Assembly: GCA_963765675.1 (NCBI GenBank)
Contig: CAVXXK010000003.1
Span: 64,001 to 128,000 of the forward strand
Source of the DNA: an uncultured delta proteobacterium
GTDB lineage: Bacteria; Desulfobacterota; Binatia; Binatales; Binataceae
Reading direction: 5' to 3'
DNA length: 64,000 nt
Shown here: positions 59,952-64,000 of the stretch, in pieces
Position numbering within the stretch: the first letter of the stretch is position 1
How the letters are laid out: every line of letters starts with the position of its first letter
Program-made: the position numbers and the translations under genes
Notes under the pieces: model-generated
What the model was told of the DNA's origin: nothing
Database searches by the model: none
The model's input: only the letters and a program-made list of their open reading frames with translations

Positions 59952-62566
59952 GTGGGGGAAGGTCCCCGATAGCCGCTGGCGAGTGCCGCGACGTCGGCAA
60001 GGGTGATGAACGGACCGGCGGCGCCAGATACCGCAAGGTAGCGCGGCTCCCAGACCGGATGGAACTTATTCTTGAAGCGCCGCAGTCCCTGAAAATTGTA
60101 GATCGGTCTTCCATGTTCCCATACCAGGCCGGCGACCCGATGCCACTTTGACGACAGCGGCGTGCGCGCCATCCCGGCCAGCGGCGCCATCCCCAGGCTG
60201 AGCACTTTGAAGGCCCGGGCTTTCAGCTCCAGCGCCAACTGCGTGAAGATCAGGTCCATCGTATAAGGTGGCGCTCCCGGCACCTGGCGCATGAGTCCAA
60301 CCGTAGCCTCGGTCTGGTAACTGGTGGTCATGAAGGTAACGAACGCGAGCGGCTCTCCATTCTGGCATAGCAGCGCGGCTGATTGGGCGGAGATAAATCG
60401 CGGCTCATAGGCCGCCACCGAAAAACCCCGCTCGGCCGCGCGATGATTGGAGAGCCACCGGTCCGAAATCTGGCAAATAACATCCTGATCCGGTCCTGAA
60501 CGTTTCGGCGGCAAAATCTGGAATCTCAGTCCGTCTCGTTCGCCGCGCTTGAGCGCCTGACGCAGGCCGTAGCGCTCAGAACCCTCGAGGCTGAATTGGC
60601 TGAGATCGATGCATGCCTCTTCCCCGACTTTCACGACCCGAAGACCGGCATCGAGATAGAGCGGCAGGCTGTCGGGCCGAACCTGGTAGAACGCCGCGCG
60701 TCCACCATGCCGGTCCGCCAGCTCGACGAAGCGCCAGACCAGCTCCGGCCATTCCGCGTGCGGACCCACCGGATCGAATAGCGCAACCCAGCTCCGGCCG
60801 CGCTTGGCATACATCAGGAAGGAGTTTCCCGAGATCGAGAAGAGGAAACTCTTGTCGCCCATCAGCGCCAGCGTTGGGGCGCTGCGCTCCTGGCCGCAAA
60901 TGATTGCGGCGGCGCGCGCCAGGTCCTCCTCCGAAGGAGGATCGACGCGGCCCGGCGATGCGCGCAATAGCTGCCAGAGCGAAATGCCGAGCGCAAAGAT
61001 CGACGCGGCGAGAATCGCCCGCAACGATCGCGACGCTTTCGCGTCGAACTCGAACTGCCACCAGATTTCACGCCGGTATGTGACGTCATGAAAGGCAAAG
61101 AACAGGATCCCGATCGCGCACGCGATGACCACCGCAATCGCGATGAACCAGCCTAATCTGAACGGCTGATGCATGAACGCTGCGGGCCGGGTGAACTCGC
61201 GCCGCGTCGCGAGCAGGAGGCACACCAGGAAAACGACTGCCGCGGTCTCCCCGAACGCGAGGCCCTTGGCCAGGCAGAACGCCACGTTGACCAAGGCGGC
61301 TATCAACGCGAGCCACCACGCGCCGTCGAGCCGGTGATACAATCCGCGCGCGACGAAGAGCAGAAAGACCCCGGCCAGGGTCGCAAGCAGATGCGAGATC
61401 TCGACCGCCCATAGCGGCAGAACTCCTTGCAGCACCGCCAGTCGCCAATCCAGCGCGGGCGTCGCGCCCGATACCACCAGCATCGCTCCCACCACAAAGG
61501 TCACGGCGCTAAGAAAGATCGGCGCGAGCAATCCCGCTCCGAGCGCGATCCGTTCGCCCGCCTTCGAGCCGAAACGGCCTGGCGCGCTCCTGAGTTCCAG
61601 TCCGGCCAGGGTCGCCGTGGCAAGCAGGAGCGGCAGCACAAAGTAAACGCCCCGATAAATCAGCAACGCGGCAGCCAGCTCGTTGGACGGCACGAACCGC
61701 CTGAGAGCCACGAAGATGATCACGTCAAAAACCCCGAGACCACCGGGAATCCTGCTGACCGCCCCCAATGCGGTTGCCGCCGAAAAGACAACCGCAAAGC
61801 TGAAGAAATCGATCTCGCCGCTGGGAAACAGAAGCCACAATGCGGCGGCGGCAGCGGCCAAATCGGCGGCGCTCGCAAGAAGCTGAAGCGACGTGATCGC
61901 GAGCGAAGGCATCCCGATCCGCAGCCTCCCGATCGTCACGGACTTGCGCCGCCATGCGCACAGCAACAGCGTTGGGAGGATCGCGAGCAGGGCAGCCGCT
62001 CCGGTGGATCGAATTACGATGCTCGAAACCGGCAGGAGATGCCCCAAGCTGCCGCCCGAGAGCGCCAGAGTCGCCGCCATAAACACCGCAAGGCCAACTC
62101 CGAACGCGACGTGGATGAAGAGCATCACGCGTGCGGTCTGTTCCGGCCTGACGCCAAGAGCGCCATAAACTCGATCGCGAACCGCATCGGTGGTCAATGT
62201 CTTGAAGCTGATCGCGTTGCCCAGCGCCGACCCGCAAAACGATGCAAGCAACACGGCCGGCGTCGAGACCTTCACGCCGACATAGCTCAACGCTGACAGC
62301 TCGCACGCGGCCAGAGCCATATAGCTGACCACGGTCAGCAGCACCGTCATCCAGATCAGCTCGCGTGGCGTCTGGCGCAGCCCCAGCATCACGCTGTGGT
62401 AGTCGAGCGCGCGCGACAGGCCATGCAGAAAAACCAGCAACAGCGCGCAAGCGACGATCGCGACGGCGGGCCTGGCGAAACGGCACAGGACCTTCGCGCG
62501 GCTATTCAGCGAAGGCGCGGAATGGAGCAATCCTTCGGACATCCTGGCGATGGGTTCGTCAGCCAT
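59948..62566 (-). CDS. mprF: Lysylphosphatidylglycerol synthase/flippase MprF (LpiA)
   Basis: Multi-TM N-terminus with PGGLGVFD, LMGDK, GEEA, LGMAPLAG, YNFQGLRRFKNKFHPVWEPRYL. Confidence 0.94.
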   Translation of the reverse strand: MADEPIARMSEGLLHSAPSLNSRAKVLCRFARPAVAIVACALLLVFLHGLSRALDYHSVMLGLRQTPRELIWMTVLLTVVSYMALAACELSALSYVGVKVSTPAVLLASFCGSALGNAISFKTLTTDAVRDRVYGALGVRPEQTARVMLFIHVAFGVGLAVFMAATLALSGGSLGHLLPVSSIVIRSTGAAALLAILPTLLLCAWRRKSVTIGRLRIGMPSLAITSLQLLASAADLAAAAAALWLLFPSGEIDFFSFAVVFSAATALGAVSRIPGGLGVFDVIIFVALRRFVPSNELAAALLIYRGVYFVLPLLLATATLAGLELRSAPGRFGSKAGERIALGAGLLAPIFLSAVTFVVGAMLVVSGATPALDWRLAVLQGVLPLWAVEISHLLATLAGVFLLFVARGLYHRLDGAWWLALIAALVNVAFCLAKGLAFGETAAVVFLVCLLLATRREFTRPAAFMHQPFRLGWFIAIAVVIACAIGILFFAFHDVTYRREIWWQFEFDAKASRSLRAILAASIFALGISLWQLLRASPGRVDPPSEEDLARAAAIICGQERSAPTLALMGDKSFLFSISGNSFLMYAKRGRSWVALFDPVGPHAEWPELVWRFVELADRHGGRAAFYQVRPDSLPLYLDAGLRVVKVGEEACIDLSQFSLEGSERYGLRQALKRGERDGLRFQILPPKRSGPDQDVICQISDRWLSNHRAAERGFSVAAYEPRFISAQSAALLCQNGEPLAFVTFMTTSYQTEATVGLMRQVPGAPPYTMDLIFTQLALELKARAFKVLSLGMAPLAGMARTPLSSKWHRVAGLVWEHGRPIYNFQGLRRFKNKFHPVWEPRYLAVSGAAGPFITLADVAALASGYRGPSPT

Positions 62567-62671
62567 GCGGGGTCATTCCCCGCAGGATGGCGCAACCCCG
62601 CCTGTAGTTTGTCACTTTGGACTTCTCCCCGCCATATCAGCGGGTTGCGCAGATCGTAAGCGCGCGAAGAC

Positions 62672-62959
62672 GGGCGCGTCCCGACGCGCCCCTACGAATT
62701 CAATCCGATTCCTCAGGGGGAGCGCTCGTTCGGCAATCAAGTCGCGACCACTGATGAATCTCAAGTGGCGCCGGCTTTGGCCGGTGCCGACCACAGGCTG
62801 AAGCCCGTGCCACCTAAGACTCAATCCTGTTCCTTAAGAGACGCGGCTCCCGAACCGCCTCTACGAGATCCTCTGCTGGATACCCTCGCCCACCGGGAGA
62901 GGGCAACGCGGCGCGGCGATTGCTTTTTTTCTGCAATCGCCGTGACGCGTGGGTGAGGG
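62672..62959. repeat. Stack of four different REP-like palindromes
   Basis: GGGCGCGTCccGACGCGCCC-CTAC (62672-62695); GTGGCGCCGGCTTTGGCCGGTG..CACAGGCTGAAGCCCGTGCCAC (62765-62813); GCGGCTCCCGAACCGCCTCTAC (to 62864); CCCTC-class element (62883-62959). Confidence 0.8.
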
Positions 62960-62990
62960 TGCTGCTCTGGTCTTTCAATCGCGCGTTGAA

Positions 62991-63107
62991 TTTCAGTTTC
63001 TTTCTCAATCCTATGACGTGTACGACGAAGCCTTCGGTTATTTCTCCTCGGACAATAGCGCGGGCCCGCATGGCCGCCTTGATGAGCCTCTGCCCCCGAT
63101 TAGACAT
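62991..63107 (-). pseudogene. N-terminal remnant of an HTH (HigA-like) antitoxin
   Basis: GGGAG RBS; MSNRGQRLIKAAMRARAIVRGEITEGFVVHV-IGLRKKLK resembles the HigA N-terminus; HTH absent and the frame runs into REPs. Confidence 0.55.
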
Positions 63108-63184
63108 GACGCTTCACTCCCTTTCCGTACTCCCGAACGATGCTGCTCGAAATGCCCCTCGACGCGGCTGCCGCGCGCACGTTC

Positions 63185-63664
63185 CTAGTCCGCCTCGAGC
63201 ATTACGATTGCGGCGGCGGCCATGCCGTCGCCGCGGCCCAGCGCGCCGATTCCTTCCGGATTCGTCGCCTTGACGTTCACCCGATCGCGCTCGATCGAAA
63301 TCGAATCGGCAATTCGCTGACGCATCGTGTCGAGATGCGGCCCGAGCTTGGGCGCTTGCGCAAAGATCGTCAGGTCGGCGTTGCCCATGCGCCATCCGCG
63401 CGACTTCGCGAGTGCCCAGACCTCGCCCAGGATGCGGATACTGTCGGCGCCTGCGTAGCGCGGATCGCTATCGGGAAAATGACGCCCCAGGTCGCCCTCG
63501 CCGATTGCGCCGAGGATCGCGTTGGCGAGTGCATGGACCGCAACGTCGGCGTCGGAGTGGCCGGAGAGGCCCTTGTCGTGCGCGATTTCTACCCCGCCCA
63601 GCACGAGCTTGCGGCCCGCCACGAGAGGATGAAAGTCAAAGCCCTGCCCGACTCGATAGCGCAT
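63185..63664 (-). CDS. ispF: 2-C-methyl-D-erythritol 2,4-cyclodiphosphate synthase
   Basis: RVGQGFDFH, GHSDADVAVHA, GDLGRHFPD, NVKAT. Confidence 0.96.
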   Translation of the reverse strand: MRYRVGQGFDFHPLVAGRKLVLGGVEIAHDKGLSGHSDADVAVHALANAILGAIGEGDLGRHFPDSDPRYAGADSIRILGEVWALAKSRGWRMGNADLTIFAQAPKLGPHLDTMRQRIADSISIERDRVNVKATNPEGIGALGRGDGMAAAAIVMLEAD

Positions 63665-63784
63665 CGCGATCACCCCACTTTGCGCAGCTTTGCGGCTGCA
63701 CGAATCCGCCCTCTGGCTGCGTTGACAATGCTGACGCGGCCAAGCAAGCTTTCGCTCAGGTCACGGATCAAGGAGCCGCCGGTC

Positions 63785-64000
63785 ATGCCCGCATTTGCGA
63801 AAAACCCGAAATTCATCATCGGCACGCTCATCGTCCTGTGGGTGATCTACGTGATCTGGGCGAATATCCAGCCGCAGCCGGTTACGATCTACTTGTTCCC
63901 ACACTTTGTGAAGCTGCAGATTCAACTCTCGGCGATAATCATCGGCTCGGCGATCTTTGGCGCAATAGCGGCCATCGTCATTCATTGGTTATGGAGACGT
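63785..64000 (+). CDS. LapA/DUF1049-like membrane protein (truncated by window edge)
   Basis: AAGGAG RBS; MPAFAKNPKFIIGTLIVLWVIYVIWANIQPQPVTIYLF...; open to window end; not in the ORF track. Confidence 0.7.
   Translation, partial: MPAFAKNPKFIIGTLIVLWVIYVIWANIQPQPVTIYLFPHFVKLQIQLSAIIIGSAIFGAIAAIVIHWLWRR

Overview
GC-rich (roughly 60-65% by eye) bacterial chromosome segment with about 60 CDS and one tRNA-Gly(CCC). The gene content (several luciferase-like monooxygenases, class III CoA-transferases, acyl-CoA dehydrogenases and an 'AVLEDA..C...FSF..VC.VLG.DP..LR' hypothetical) resembles Binatota/Desulfobacterota-like soil bacteria; this taxonomy is an inference. The window holds signalling genes, aromatic and lipid catabolic operons, a Phd-ParE toxin-antitoxin pair, a GLIC/ELIC-like ion channel, bfd-bfr with a Fur box, an ECF transporter, mprF-acvB and ispF. 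I found no CRISPR array, transposase, integrase or phage gene, and I cannot support a single large new system. The best leads are: a 74-aa secreted peptide with a mirror-symmetric 8-Cys pattern; an epoxidase-like/limonene-monooxygenase-like/epoxide-hydrolase operon; a pentameric channel lacking the usual selectivity residues; a bacterioferritin with H130S; loop-expanded REP/REPIN-like elements, including a gapless 82-nt inverted pair; divergent sigma54 promoters at a lineage-type hypothetical gene; a decayed streptothricin acetyltransferase; and a possible degenerate att site 22 kb downstream of the tRNA.
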